DNA from: Georgenia ruanii
GTDB taxonomy: Bacteria > Actinomycetota > Actinomycetes > Actinomycetales > Actinomycetaceae
Direction: 5' to 3'
Length of the DNA: 32,000 bases
Assembly (NCBI RefSeq): GCF_009193175.1
Contig: NZ_VUKE01000001.1
Coordinates: forward strand, 155,089 to 187,088
Position numbers and translations under genes: made by a program. Numbering within the stretch: the stretch's first letter is position 1; every line of letters begins with the position of its first letter. This document shows, piece by piece, positions 16,588 to 24,743 of the stretch. The notes beneath the pieces are model-generated. The model had not been told where the DNA came from. It saw only the letters and a program-made list of their open reading frames with translations, and did no database searches.

Positions 16588-17369
16588 CCGCCACGACGAC
16601 GCGGACGGCGGTGCCCGGGCCGGTGCTCTTCGCCCGGTACGCCTTCCCGCCCAACCGCCACGGCTACTGCGGCCCGGCGGACCACCTGGCGTTCTTCGAG
16701 AGCGGCACCGCCGGGGACGACCGCGGGCTGCGCGCGATGGCCCGCGAGTTCGCCGGCGCCTGGCCCTACCTCGAGCTCATCGCCGGGGCCACCGGGCTGC
16801 CCGACCCGCTCGACCACCGCGCGGTGGAGGCCTACTGGGTGGGCAGCCGGCTGCTCGACCGCGTCGGGGTCACCCACGTCGCCGGGTCCATGGAGGAGCG
16901 CTTCCGGTACCGGGCCGGCCCACGCTTCGGCCGCCTCACCGCCGAGGTGCTCGCCGGCGGCGTGCCGCACCACAGCTTCGCCGTGTTCTGCGTCTACCCC
17001 TGGACCGGCCTGCTGGGCGACGACCGGCGGGCGGCCCAGGCGCTGACCGTGCTGGACATGTGCCGGATCCGCTGGGGCCGGGTCGTCCACGTCCACGGCG
17101 ACCGGGTCGAGGTCGCCTCCCGGCATCTGGGCTGGGACGGACGCCGCCTCGACCTCGGCTCCCCCCGGCCCGAGACGGTCGAGCGCGCCGTCGACGGGCT
17201 CGGTCCCGGCGCCGAGCTCCGGCCCGGCGACTGGGTCGCCATGCACTGGGAGTGGGTCTGCGACCGGCTCACCGACGCGCAGGTCCGGGCGCTGAGCCAC
17301 TACACGGCGCGCCACCTGCGGATCCTCAACGACGCCGCGGACGCCGGACCGCTGGGGCTGCTGGCATGA
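16584..17369 (+). CDS. Hydrogenase-cluster protein of unknown function (261 aa; DUF6390-like by recollection)
   Basis: ATGA overlaps the hypC stop at its start and the next gene at its end. The N-terminus is …LFARYAFPPNRHGYCGPADHLAFFE… . It is in frame with track ORF 16332..17369. Confidence 0.75.
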   Translation: MTATTTRTAVPGPVLFARYAFPPNRHGYCGPADHLAFFESGTAGDDRGLRAMAREFAGAWPYLELIAGATGLPDPLDHRAVEAYWVGSRLLDRVGVTHVAGSMEERFRYRAGPRFGRLTAEVLAGGVPHHSFAVFCVYPWTGLLGDDRRAAQALTVLDMCRIRWGRVVHVHGDRVEVASRHLGWDGRRLDLGSPRPETVERAVDGLGPGAELRPGDWVAMHWEWVCDRLTDAQVRALSHYTARHLRILNDAADAGPLGLLA

Positions 17370-18517
17370 GCGGGGCGGGCGAGCCGCCGGCGATCTCCCG
17401 GCGCGACGTCCTGCGGGGCGCCGCGCTGCTCGGGGGCCTGGGCCTCCTCGCCGCCTGCGCGGACCAGCCGACCCCGTCCGGCGCCGGGACCGCCACCGCC
17501 GCGGGGGGGATCACCGTGACGGACCAGCGCGGCACCACCCTGACCTTCGACCGCCCGGTCACCCGCATCGTCACGCTGCCGATGCCGGCCGCCTCGCTGG
17601 CAATCGCCGTCGACGCCTCGGCCGAGCACGTGGTGGGGATGCACGAGTCGTCGTGGACGGCGATCCGCGACGGGATCCTCGGCAAGATCTTCCCGGCGGC
17701 CACCGGCGTCGCCCACGACGTCGCCGGCCAGGACTTCACGCCGAACGTCGAGAGCATCCTCGCGCTGCGGCCCGACGTCGTCGTGCAGTGGGCCGACCAG
17801 GGCACCGGCATCATCGCCCCGCTGGAGAACGCCGGGCTGAAGGTCCTCGGCGTGACCTACGGGACCCAGGAGGACCTCGACACCTGGACGACCACGTTCG
17901 CCGCGCTGCTCGGCAAGCCCGCCCGCGCCCGGGAGATGATCGCCCGCAGCGACGCCGCGCTGGCGGACGTCAAGGCGCGCACCGCCAAGGTGGCCGGCGG
18001 GTCCCCGAAGGTCCTGTACTTCAACCGGTTCGCGGCCGGGCTGAAGGTGGCCGGCCCGAAGACCTACAACGACTTCTACATCCGCCTCGTCGGCGCGGAG
18101 AACCCGGCGACCGGGCCGGCCGGGGTGCAGGGCACCGGCATGGTGGGCGTGGACGTCGAGCAGGTGCTGCGCTGGGACCCCGACGTCGTGCTGCTGGGCA
18201 ACTTCGACGGCGCGATGCCGGACGACCTCTACCGCGACCCCGTGTGGGCCCCGCTCGCGGCGGTGCGGACCCGGCGCGTGTACAAGGTGCCGCTCGGCGG
18301 GTACCGCTGGGACCCGCCGGGGCAGGAGTCGGCGCTGATGTGGCACTGGCTCTCCCACGTGGTCTTCCCCGCCGACGACGGCGCCACCCTGCGCGACCGG
18401 GTGCGGGAGACGTACGCCTTCCTCTACGACTACCGGCCCACGGACGACGACCTCGCCCAGATCCTGTGGTCGGCGCCCAACCACGGCTCGGCCGGCTACG
18501 GGCAGTTCGATGCGTGA
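17366..18517 (+). CDS. ABC transporter substrate-binding lipoprotein, Fe-siderophore/cobalamin (FecB/BtuF, Peripla_BP_2) class
   Basis: MSGAGEPPAISRRDVLRGAALLGGLGLLAACAD is a Tat-like RR motif plus lipobox. The body (…ITVTDQRGTTLTFDRPVTRIVTL…ILALRPDVVV…) is typical of class III binding proteins. The ATG overlaps the upstream stop (ATGA at 17366-17369). Confidence 0.85.
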   Translation: MSGAGEPPAISRRDVLRGAALLGGLGLLAACADQPTPSGAGTATAAGGITVTDQRGTTLTFDRPVTRIVTLPMPAASLAIAVDASAEHVVGMHESSWTAIRDGILGKIFPAATGVAHDVAGQDFTPNVESILALRPDVVVQWADQGTGIIAPLENAGLKVLGVTYGTQEDLDTWTTTFAALLGKPARAREMIARSDAALADVKARTAKVAGGSPKVLYFNRFAAGLKVAGPKTYNDFYIRLVGAENPATGPAGVQGTGMVGVDVEQVLRWDPDVVLLGNFDGAMPDDLYRDPVWAPLAAVRTRRVYKVPLGGYRWDPPGQESALMWHWLSHVVFPADDGATLRDRVRETYAFLYDYRPTDDDLAQILWSAPNHGSAGYGQFDA

Positions 18518-19577
18518 CGCGACCCGCACCGCGCGGCGCACCCCGCGCACGCCCCGGACCCGGGACGGCCTGACCGCCGCGGCGGTGCCGGTGCTCGTCA
18601 TGGCGGTGGGCGTCGTCGGCGTCGGGCTGGTGGCGCTGTCGGTGGGCCGGTTCCCGGTGCCCGTGGGCGACGTCGTGCAGATCCTCGCCGGGCGGGTGCG
18701 CGGCGGGGAGGCGGCGAGCGCGGAGAACGTCGTCCTCCTCGTGCGCCTGCCGCGGATCTTGCTGGCCCTGCTCGTCGGGGGCGGCCTGGGCATCGCCGGC
18801 GCCGCGCTGCAGGCGACCTTCCGCAACCCCCTGGTCAGCCCGGAGATCATCGGCGTCTCCGCGGGCGCGTCGTTCGGCGGGGCGCTGGCCCTGCTGCTGG
18901 GGCTGGGCACGGTCTACCTCGTCGCCGGGGCGTTCGTGTGCGGCCTGGGCGCCCTGGCCGTGCTGTTCGTGCTCACCCTCGCCCGCGGCGGCGCCTCGAT
19001 GCTCATGGTGGTCCTCGGCGGGGTGGTCACCGGCTCGTTCTTCTCCGCCCTCGTCTCGCTCGTGACCTACCTCGCGGACCCGTACACCACGCTGCCGGCC
19101 ATCGTGTTCTGGCTGCTGGGCAGCGTCGCCACGGCCACCTTCGCCAAGGTCGGCGTGGCCCTGGTGCCGATCCTGGCCGGCGCGGCGACGCTGGTCCTGC
19201 TGCGCTGGCGCCTCAACGTCCTGTCGCTGGGCGACGAGGAGGCCGCCGCGCTCGGGCTGCGGCCGGCCCCGCTGCGGTGGGTCGTGCTCGGGGCCGCCGC
19301 GCTCGTGGTCGCCGGCGGCGTGGCGGTGTGCGGCGTCATCGCCTGGGTGGGGCTGGTGGTCCCGCACCTGGCCCGGATGTGGGTGGGACCGGACCACCGG
19401 GTGCTGCTGCCGGTGTCCTTCCTCCTGGGCGGGGCCTACCTGATCGCCGTCGACACCCTGGCCCGCACGGCGACGGCCGCCGAGATCCCGCTGGGGGTGA
19501 TCACGGCGCTGGTCGGGGCGCCGGTGTTCTTCGTGCTGCTGCGTCGCAACCGGGACAGGATCTGGGACAGTGCTTGA
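18510..19577 (+). CDS. FecCD-family ABC transporter permease
   Basis: 355 aa and multi-TM, with conserved FecCD blocks (…RLPRILLALLVGGGLGIAGAALQATFRNPLVSPEIIGVSAGA… and …EIPLGVITALVGAPVFFVLLRR). It overlaps the upstream gene by 8 nt. Confidence 0.9.
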   Translation: MRDATRTARRTPRTPRTRDGLTAAAVPVLVMAVGVVGVGLVALSVGRFPVPVGDVVQILAGRVRGGEAASAENVVLLVRLPRILLALLVGGGLGIAGAALQATFRNPLVSPEIIGVSAGASFGGALALLLGLGTVYLVAGAFVCGLGALAVLFVLTLARGGASMLMVVLGGVVTGSFFSALVSLVTYLADPYTTLPAIVFWLLGSVATATFAKVGVALVPILAGAATLVLLRWRLNVLSLGDEEAAALGLRPAPLRWVVLGAAALVVAGGVAVCGVIAWVGLVVPHLARMWVGPDHRVLLPVSFLLGGAYLIAVDTLARTATAAEIPLGVITALVGAPVFFVLLRRNRDRIWDSA

Positions 19578-20379
19578 GCTCGAGCGTCTGGGCTTCGGCT
19601 ACCCGGGCCGCGGCTGGCTCTTCCGGGACGTGAGCCTGCGGGTGGCGGCCGGGACCGCCACCGCCGTGCTGGGGCCGAACGGGCGCGGGAAGACCACCCT
19701 GGTGCGCTGCGCCGCCGGGCTGCTCGCCCCGCGCGAGGGCGTCGTGCGCAGCGACGGCGCCGTGGGGTACGTGCCGCAGGCGCGCGGCGGCGCGTTCGCC
19801 TACCGGGCCGTGGACATGGTGGTCATGGGCCGCACCCGCCTCCTCGGGGTGTTCGCGACCCCGGGCCGGGCGGACCGGACCGCGGCCCTGGAGGCGATGG
19901 GCCGTGTCGGCATCGGGCACCTGGCCGAGCGCCGGTTCCCCACCCTCAGCGGCGGGGAGCAGCAGCTCGTGCTCATCGCGCGGGCGATCGCCGCGGAGTG
20001 CCCGACCCTCGTGCTCGACGAGCCCTGCGCCGCGCTGGACCTGCAGAACCAGGCCCGCGTGCTGCGGCTGCTGCGCCGCCTCGTGGGCGAGGGCCTGGCG
20101 GTGCTGCTGACCACCCACCACCCCGACCACGCGCTGGCCCTGGCCGACGCCGTCGTGCTCATGGTGGCCCCGCGCGACGTGCGCGCCGGGCCCGCCCGGG
20201 ACCTGCTCACCGACGGCGCCCTTTCCGAGCTCTACGGCGTCGAGGTCCGCACGATCACCTACCGCGAGGGGGACGCGGAGCGGCGCGCGGTGGTCACGCC
20301 CTTCGCCGCCGAGCCGGGTGCGGTTTCGGCCGGTCCGCTACGCTTCCGAACGGATCCCGGGCCGGACGTGGCCCGGTAG
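19570..20379 (+). CDS. ABC transporter ATP-binding protein (FecE/FepC-like)
   Basis: Walker A GPNGRGKTT, signature LSGGEQQ and Walker B LVLDEP are present. The GTG start overlaps the permease stop by 8 nt. Confidence 0.9.
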   Translation: MLELERLGFGYPGRGWLFRDVSLRVAAGTATAVLGPNGRGKTTLVRCAAGLLAPREGVVRSDGAVGYVPQARGGAFAYRAVDMVVMGRTRLLGVFATPGRADRTAALEAMGRVGIGHLAERRFPTLSGGEQQLVLIARAIAAECPTLVLDEPCAALDLQNQARVLRLLRRLVGEGLAVLLTTHHPDHALALADAVVLMVAPRDVRAGPARDLLTDGALSELYGVEVRTITYREGDAERRAVVTPFAAEPGAVSAGPLRFRTDPGPDVAR

Positions 20380-20418
20380 CGCGGGCCCGGGCTGGGCCCG
20401 GTCGATCCCCGGGCCTGG

Positions 20419-20440
20419 CGCGCAGCGCGGTGACTGCGCG
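20419..20440 (+). terminator. Candidate stem-loop between the two Fec-type transporter loci
   Basis: CGCGCAG (20419-20425) and CTGCGCG (20434-20440) form a 7-bp stem around an 8-nt loop, about 40 nt after the ATPase stop. There is no U-tract. This is a pattern only, and weak in GC-rich DNA. Confidence 0.2.
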
Positions 20441-20473
20441 TGCCGGCTCCGGCCCGCTCCCGTGAGGAGTCCC

Positions 20474-21601
20474 GTGCGCGCCCGCCGTCATCCCCGCCTG
20501 CACCCCGCCCGACGACCAACCCGCCCCCCTGGTCGCAACCACGATGCCTGCCTGGCCCCGGCGGCGGGCCGCCGGGTGCTGGCCGCGCTGGGCGCGGCCG
20601 CCGCCGCGCTCGCCCTCGCCGCCTGCGGCGCCGCGCCGGCCGCCACGCCCTCGGGGTCCGGATCCGGCGCGGCGGCCGGTCCCGCCGCGGCCGGGCCGGA
20701 CGCCGCCGGCTTCCCGCTCACCGTGGCCAGCTGCGGCGTCGAGGCCGCCCTCGCCGCCCCGCCGCGGCGCATCGTCACCATCAAGTCCTCCGCGACGGAG
20801 ATGGTCCTCGCCCTCGGGGCCGGCGACCGGCTGGTCGGCACGGCCTTCGCCGACGGCGAGCCGCCCGCGGACCTGGCCGACGCCGCCGCGCAGGCGCCGG
20901 TCCTGGCCGAGAAGAACCCGGCCCCCGAGGCGGTGCTGCAGCTCGAGCCGGACCTCGTCTACGCCGGCTGGGAGTCCAACCTCTCGGCCGACGGCGCCGG
21001 GGAGCGCGGCATGTACGCCGACCTGGGCATCGCCACCTACGTCTCGCCCGCGGCGTGCAAGGCGCCGACCTACCAGCCCGGCACGCTCACCTTCGACCTC
21101 GTCTTCGACGAGATCACCGAGGTGGGCCGGCTCCTGGGCGCGGAGGGCGCCGCCGCCCGCCTGGTGGCCGACCAGCGCGCCGAGCTGGCCGCGGTGAGCC
21201 CGTCGGACGCCGGGCTCAGCGCGCTGTGGTACTCCTCCGGCGAGGACGCCCCGTACGTCGGGGCGGGCATCGGCGCCCCGCAGATGATTCTCGAGGCGGT
21301 GGGGCTGGAGAACGTCGCCGCCGACGTCGCCGACACCTGGACGTCGCTGTCCTGGGAGGCGGTGGCCGAGCGCGCGCCGGACGTCATCGTGCTCGTGGAC
21401 TCCTCCTGGAACACCGCCGCGCACAAGATCGACCTGCTCGAGGCGAACCCGGTCACCGCGGCGCTGCCCGCGGTGCGCGAGCACCGCTACCTCACCGTCC
21501 CGTTCCCGGCCACCGAGGCCGGGGTGCGCAACGTCGCGGCCGTGACCGACCTCGCGCGCCAGCTGGCCGGCCTCGACGCCGGCCTCCAGGGGGCCGGATG
21601 A
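20474..21601 (+). CDS. ABC transporter substrate-binding lipoprotein, Fe-siderophore/cobalamin (Peripla_BP_2) class; second copy
   Basis: It lies in the frame of track ORF 20318..21601. …AAGRRVLAALGAAAAALALAACG is an RR-containing lipoprotein signal. The body is …FPLTVASCGVEAALAAPPRRIVTIKSSATEMVLALGAGDRLVG… . The start is uncertain: GTG 20474 (after GAGGAG, short spacing) is the only canonical start upstream of the RR motif. Confidence 0.75.
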   Translation: MRARRHPRLHPARRPTRPPGRNHDACLAPAAGRRVLAALGAAAAALALAACGAAPAATPSGSGSGAAAGPAAAGPDAAGFPLTVASCGVEAALAAPPRRIVTIKSSATEMVLALGAGDRLVGTAFADGEPPADLADAAAQAPVLAEKNPAPEAVLQLEPDLVYAGWESNLSADGAGERGMYADLGIATYVSPAACKAPTYQPGTLTFDLVFDEITEVGRLLGAEGAAARLVADQRAELAAVSPSDAGLSALWYSSGEDAPYVGAGIGAPQMILEAVGLENVAADVADTWTSLSWEAVAERAPDVIVLVDSSWNTAAHKIDLLEANPVTAALPAVREHRYLTVPFPATEAGVRNVAAVTDLARQLAGLDAGLQGAG

Positions 21602-22686
21602 GGGGCGGGCCCGCGACGGGCCCGACGCCCCCGACGAGGGGCGGCCGACGGCGCCAGCCGCCCCTCGCCGTCGTCCTCCTCGCCCTCACCGCGGCGCTGC
21701 TCGCCGTGGCCGGCTGGGCGGTGACGCGGGGGCAGGCGGACATCACCGTCGCCCAGGTGGGCGCCTCGGCCGGGCACCGGCTGTGCACGGCGGTGCTGGC
21801 CGCGGCCGGGTGCCCGGCGGACCCGCTCACCCCGGTCCAGGACGCCATCGTGTGGCAGGGCCGGGCCCCGCGGGTGGTGGCGGCCGCCGCCGTCGGCGCG
21901 GGCCTGGCGGTGGTCGGCGCCGTCATGCAAGCCCTCACCCGCAACCCGCTCGCCGACCCCTACCTGCTCGGGGTCTCCTCCGGGGCGTCGGTGGGGGCGG
22001 TGGCGGTGCTCGTGCTCGGCCTGACGGCGGCGCTGCCGGTGGCGGCGTTCGTCGGGGCGCTGGCCGCGCTGGCGGTCACGCTGGCGCTGGCCACCGGCCG
22101 CGGCGGCGGGCTCTCGCCCGTGCGCACGGTGCTCGCCGGCGTGGCCGTCGCCCAGGCGGGCTCCGCCGTCGTGAGCTTCGTGATCATCTGGTCCGCCACC
22201 GGCGACTCCTACCGCGAGGTGCTGTCCTGGCTCATGGGCTCGCTCGGCGGGACCACCTGGTCCGAGGCGCTGCTGGCGCTGGGGGCGACGGCGGTGGTGG
22301 GCACCGTGCTCGTGGCGCAGGGGCGCCCCCTGGACGCCTTCACCTTCGGCGACGTCTCCGCCGCCTCCCTGGGGGTCGCGGTCACCCGGGCCCGGTGGCT
22401 GCTGCTGGGCGCCGGGGCGCTGCTGACCGCGCTGCTGGTCTCGGTGGCCGGGGCGATCGGGTTCGTCGGGCTGGTCGTGCCGCACGCGGTGCGGCTGGTC
22501 GCCGGCACACGCCACTACCGCCTGCTGCCCGTGGCCGGGCTGGCCGGCGCGAGCTTCCTCCTGGTGGCCGACACCGCCGCGCGCAGCTTGTTCGAGCCGC
22601 GCGAGCTGCCGGTGGGCGTGCTCACCGCCGTCATCGGCGCGCCGGTGTTCGCCGTCCTCCTGCGCCGAAAGGCCCACACCGCATGA
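21598..22686 (+). CDS. FecCD-family ABC transporter permease; second copy
   Basis: ATGA overlaps the upstream stop. Conserved blocks include …RAPRVVAAAAVGAGLAVVGAVMQALTRNPLADPYLLGVSSGAS… and …ELPVGVLTAVIGAPVFAVLLRRK. It is in frame with track ORF 20440..22686. Confidence 0.9.
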   Translation: MRGGPATGPTPPTRGGRRRQPPLAVVLLALTAALLAVAGWAVTRGQADITVAQVGASAGHRLCTAVLAAAGCPADPLTPVQDAIVWQGRAPRVVAAAAVGAGLAVVGAVMQALTRNPLADPYLLGVSSGASVGAVAVLVLGLTAALPVAAFVGALAALAVTLALATGRGGGLSPVRTVLAGVAVAQAGSAVVSFVIIWSATGDSYREVLSWLMGSLGGTTWSEALLALGATAVVGTVLVAQGRPLDAFTFGDVSAASLGVAVTRARWLLLGAGALLTALLVSVAGAIGFVGLVVPHAVRLVAGTRHYRLLPVAGLAGASFLLVADTAARSLFEPRELPVGVLTAVIGAPVFAVLLRRKAHTA

Positions 22687-23495
22687 GCCACCCCCGAGAC
22701 GTCGACGTCGCCGCTCCCCCGGCCGCCCCCGCCCTGGACCTCGCCGGGCTGCGGGTGAGCGCCGGGCGCACCGTGCTGCTCGACGGCGTGGACTGCGCCG
22801 TCCCGGCCGGGGCGGTGACCGCCGTCGTCGGTCCCAACGGCGCCGGGAAGTCGACCCTGCTGCGGGCGATCGTCGGTGCGCTGGCCCCGGACGCCGGGGT
22901 GGTCCGGCTCGCCGGCCGCGACCCGGCCTCGCTGACCCGCCGCGAGCGCGCCCGCCGGCTCGCGCTGGTCGAGCAGGACGCCCCCGCCGACGTCTCCCGG
23001 GAGGTGCGCGACGTCGTCCTGCTCGGCCGCACCCCGCACCGGGCCCGCTGGGGCGCCGACAGCGCCGCCGACCTCGCCGTCGCCCGCGCGGCGATGGCCC
23101 GCACCGGCGCCGAGGCGCTGGCCGGCCGGGACTTCGCCACCCTGTCCGGCGGGGAGCGCCAGCGGGTGCACCTGGCGCGCGCGCTCGCGCAGGAGCCGTC
23201 GCTGCTGCTGCTGGACGAGCCGACCAACCACCTCGACGTCGGCGCCCAGCTCGCGGTGCTGCGCCTGGCGCGGGACCTGGCCGCGGACGGGGTCACCGTG
23301 CTCGCCGCGCTGCACGACCTCAACCACGCCCTGCGCTTCTGCGACCACGTGCTCGTCCTGGCTGGCGGGACCGTGGTGGCCGCCGGCGACCCCCGCGAGG
23401 TGCTCACCGCCGACCTGGTCAGCGACGTCTACGGGGTGCCCGCGCACCGCCTCGCGGTGGACGGGCACGACCTCCTGGTCTTCGACCCGGCCTGA
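22683..23495 (+). CDS. ABC transporter ATP-binding protein (FecE/FepC-like); second copy
   Basis: Walker A GPNGAGKST, signature LSGGERQR and Walker B LLLDEP are present. ATGA overlaps the permease stop. Confidence 0.9.
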   Translation: MSHPRDVDVAAPPAAPALDLAGLRVSAGRTVLLDGVDCAVPAGAVTAVVGPNGAGKSTLLRAIVGALAPDAGVVRLAGRDPASLTRRERARRLALVEQDAPADVSREVRDVVLLGRTPHRARWGADSAADLAVARAAMARTGAEALAGRDFATLSGGERQRVHLARALAQEPSLLLLDEPTNHLDVGAQLAVLRLARDLAADGVTVLAALHDLNHALRFCDHVLVLAGGTVVAAGDPREVLTADLVSDVYGVPAHRLAVDGHDLLVFDPA

Positions 23496-23530
23496 CGCCG
23501 TGGGCGGGCGGGATGGGGGACACTGCCCGC

Positions 23531-23886
23531 ATGCCCCAGGTGTACGCCCACGAGGCGCTGCTGACCGTGGCACCCGGCGCCGACCCCCGCGCGCCCGGCG
23601 GCGCGATCACGGTCGAGCTGTGCGGGTCCTGGCCCACGACGGGCCGTGCCCGCTGGCCCCGCACCACACCGCCGTCGCCGGCACGGGCCCCGAGCTGCGC
23701 CTGAGGGTCGTGTTCGTCGCCGAGCGGGCGCACGAGGCCGAGGTGCGCCGCCGCGTCGACCTGGCGCTGCGCCGCGGGCGGCTGACCGGACCCGACGGCG
23801 CGACGACGACCTGGCGGCTGCGCTCCAGCGCCGCCGCGGAACCCTCCCCCGCCGAGCGGTCGCTCGGCCGACGGCTGGGGGCGTGA
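23531..23886 (+). pseudogene. Small conserved-looking actinobacterial protein (CG-x-W…HDGPC motif family) interrupted by a frameshift near 23630-23635
   Basis: Frame A (ATG 23531: MPQVYAHEALLTVAPGADPRAPGGAITVELCGSW) has all G/C-ending codons up to about 23632. From 23635 the high-GC3, protein-like frame is frame B (HDGPCPLAPHHTAVAGTGPELRLRVVFVAERAHEAEVRRRVDLALRRG… ending at 23886). Upstream of about 23620, frame B has A/T-ending codons. One extra base would give a single 118-aa ORF. Confidence 0.55.
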
Positions 23887-23888
23887 GG

Positions 23889-24743
23889 TCAGTCGCTCAC
23901 GCCCCGGCGGAACATGTCCTCCGCGGGCGGGCGGATCAGGGTCGCCGCGCCGTCGCCGTCCTCCAGGCTCACGGCGTGGCCCATGCCGCGCACGACGGCG
24001 ACGGGGCGGCCGGCCGCCTTGCCCTTGACCAGCTCGGCCGCCGCGGCGATCTCGTCGGCCAGGCTCATGACGGTGACGTTGAGCTCGCGGCCGTAGGCGT
24101 CGCGGCGGCCGCGGTGGTCGGCGAGCACCCGCACGCCGGCCGCGCCGATCGCCATGTCGACCAGCCCGCGGCGCCAGGGCCGCCCGGCGGTGTCGGTGAC
24201 GAGCACGCCCGGGCGCACGCCCAGCCGGGCGTGCAGCCCGCGGCGCAGCCGGCGGGCGGAGGCGTCGGGGTCTTCCGGCAGCAGCAGCGCCGTGCCGGCC
24301 GGCACGTCCGAGGCGTCCACGCCGGCGGCAGCCATGACCAGCCCCTGCCTGTTCTCCACGATGCGCAGCACCCCGCCGTCGGGCCGCTGCCGGGTGGCCA
24401 CCACCCGCACGGTCTCGCCGGCGATGACGGCGTCGCGGGCGGCGGCGTCCCGGGCGGCGACGAGCCGGCCCTCCGCCTTGGCGACGATCTTCGAGGCGAC
24501 GACGACGACGTCGCCCTCGGCCACGCCGGTGGTGCCGTCCGGCCAGCGCAGGGCCGCGAGCGCCGGGGTGAGCCGGGCGGCGAGGTCGTCCCCGCGGGTG
24601 ATGACCGGCACGCCGTCGGGGGCCTGGGCCATGACGAGGACCGCCGGGGCGGTCACGTCGGCGGGCGCGGTGGCGCCGCCGCCGGCCGGCGCGGCGGCGT
24701 CGCCCGGGGGCGCGGCGTCCGGGCCGGTGGGGGCGGCGCTCAT
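23889..24743 (-). CDS. cofE: Coenzyme F420-0:L-glutamate ligase (CofE), stand-alone, without the FbiB C-terminal domain
   Basis: This is the C-terminal 284 aa of track ORF 23889..25613. The blocks …[13 protein letters not shown]…[15 protein letters not shown]…[20 protein letters not shown]…[17 protein letters not shown]… match the CofE/FbiB N-domain. The ATG at 24743 overlaps the fgd stop (ATGA). The N-terminal 35 aa are low-complexity, so a later start is possible. Confidence 0.85.
   Translation of the reverse strand: MSAAPTGPDAAPPGDAAAPAGGGATAPADVTAPAVLVMAQAPDGVPVITRGDDLAARLTPALAALRWPDGTTGVAEGDVVVVASKIVAKAEGRLVAARDAAARDAVIAGETVRVVATRQRPDGGVLRIVENRQGLVMAAAGVDASDVPAGTALLLPEDPDASARRLRRGLHARLGVRPGVLVTDTAGRPWRRGLVDMAIGAAGVRVLADHRGRRDAYGRELNVTVMSLADEIAAAAELVKGKAAGRPVAVVRGMGHAVSLEDGDGAATLIRPPAEDMFRRGVSD

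Noticed and set aside
17300-19397. Minus-strand ORFs 17300..18910 and 18021..19397, antisense to the first Fec-type transporter
   Set aside because: They are low-complexity and Arg/Pro/Gly-rich. The plus-strand frames carry FecB/FecCD family features.
20380-20560. Possible cobalamin riboswitch upstream of the second BtuF/FecB-like binding protein
   Set aside because: I looked for the B12-box core (GCCACTG-like, with the flanking conserved GGTG/CCCGC elements) and found nothing convincing. CCGTGAGGAGTCCCGTG is only a superficial resemblance. This would need a covariance-model scan (Rfam RF00174) to exclude it fully.
20544-21197. ATG-initiated 217-aa ORF in an alternative frame over the second binding-protein gene
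   Set aside because: Its translation is Pro/Arg/Ser/Trp-rich with no signal peptide logic. The neighbouring frame gives a lipoprotein signal and a Peripla_BP_2-like body that continues to an ATGA junction with the permease.
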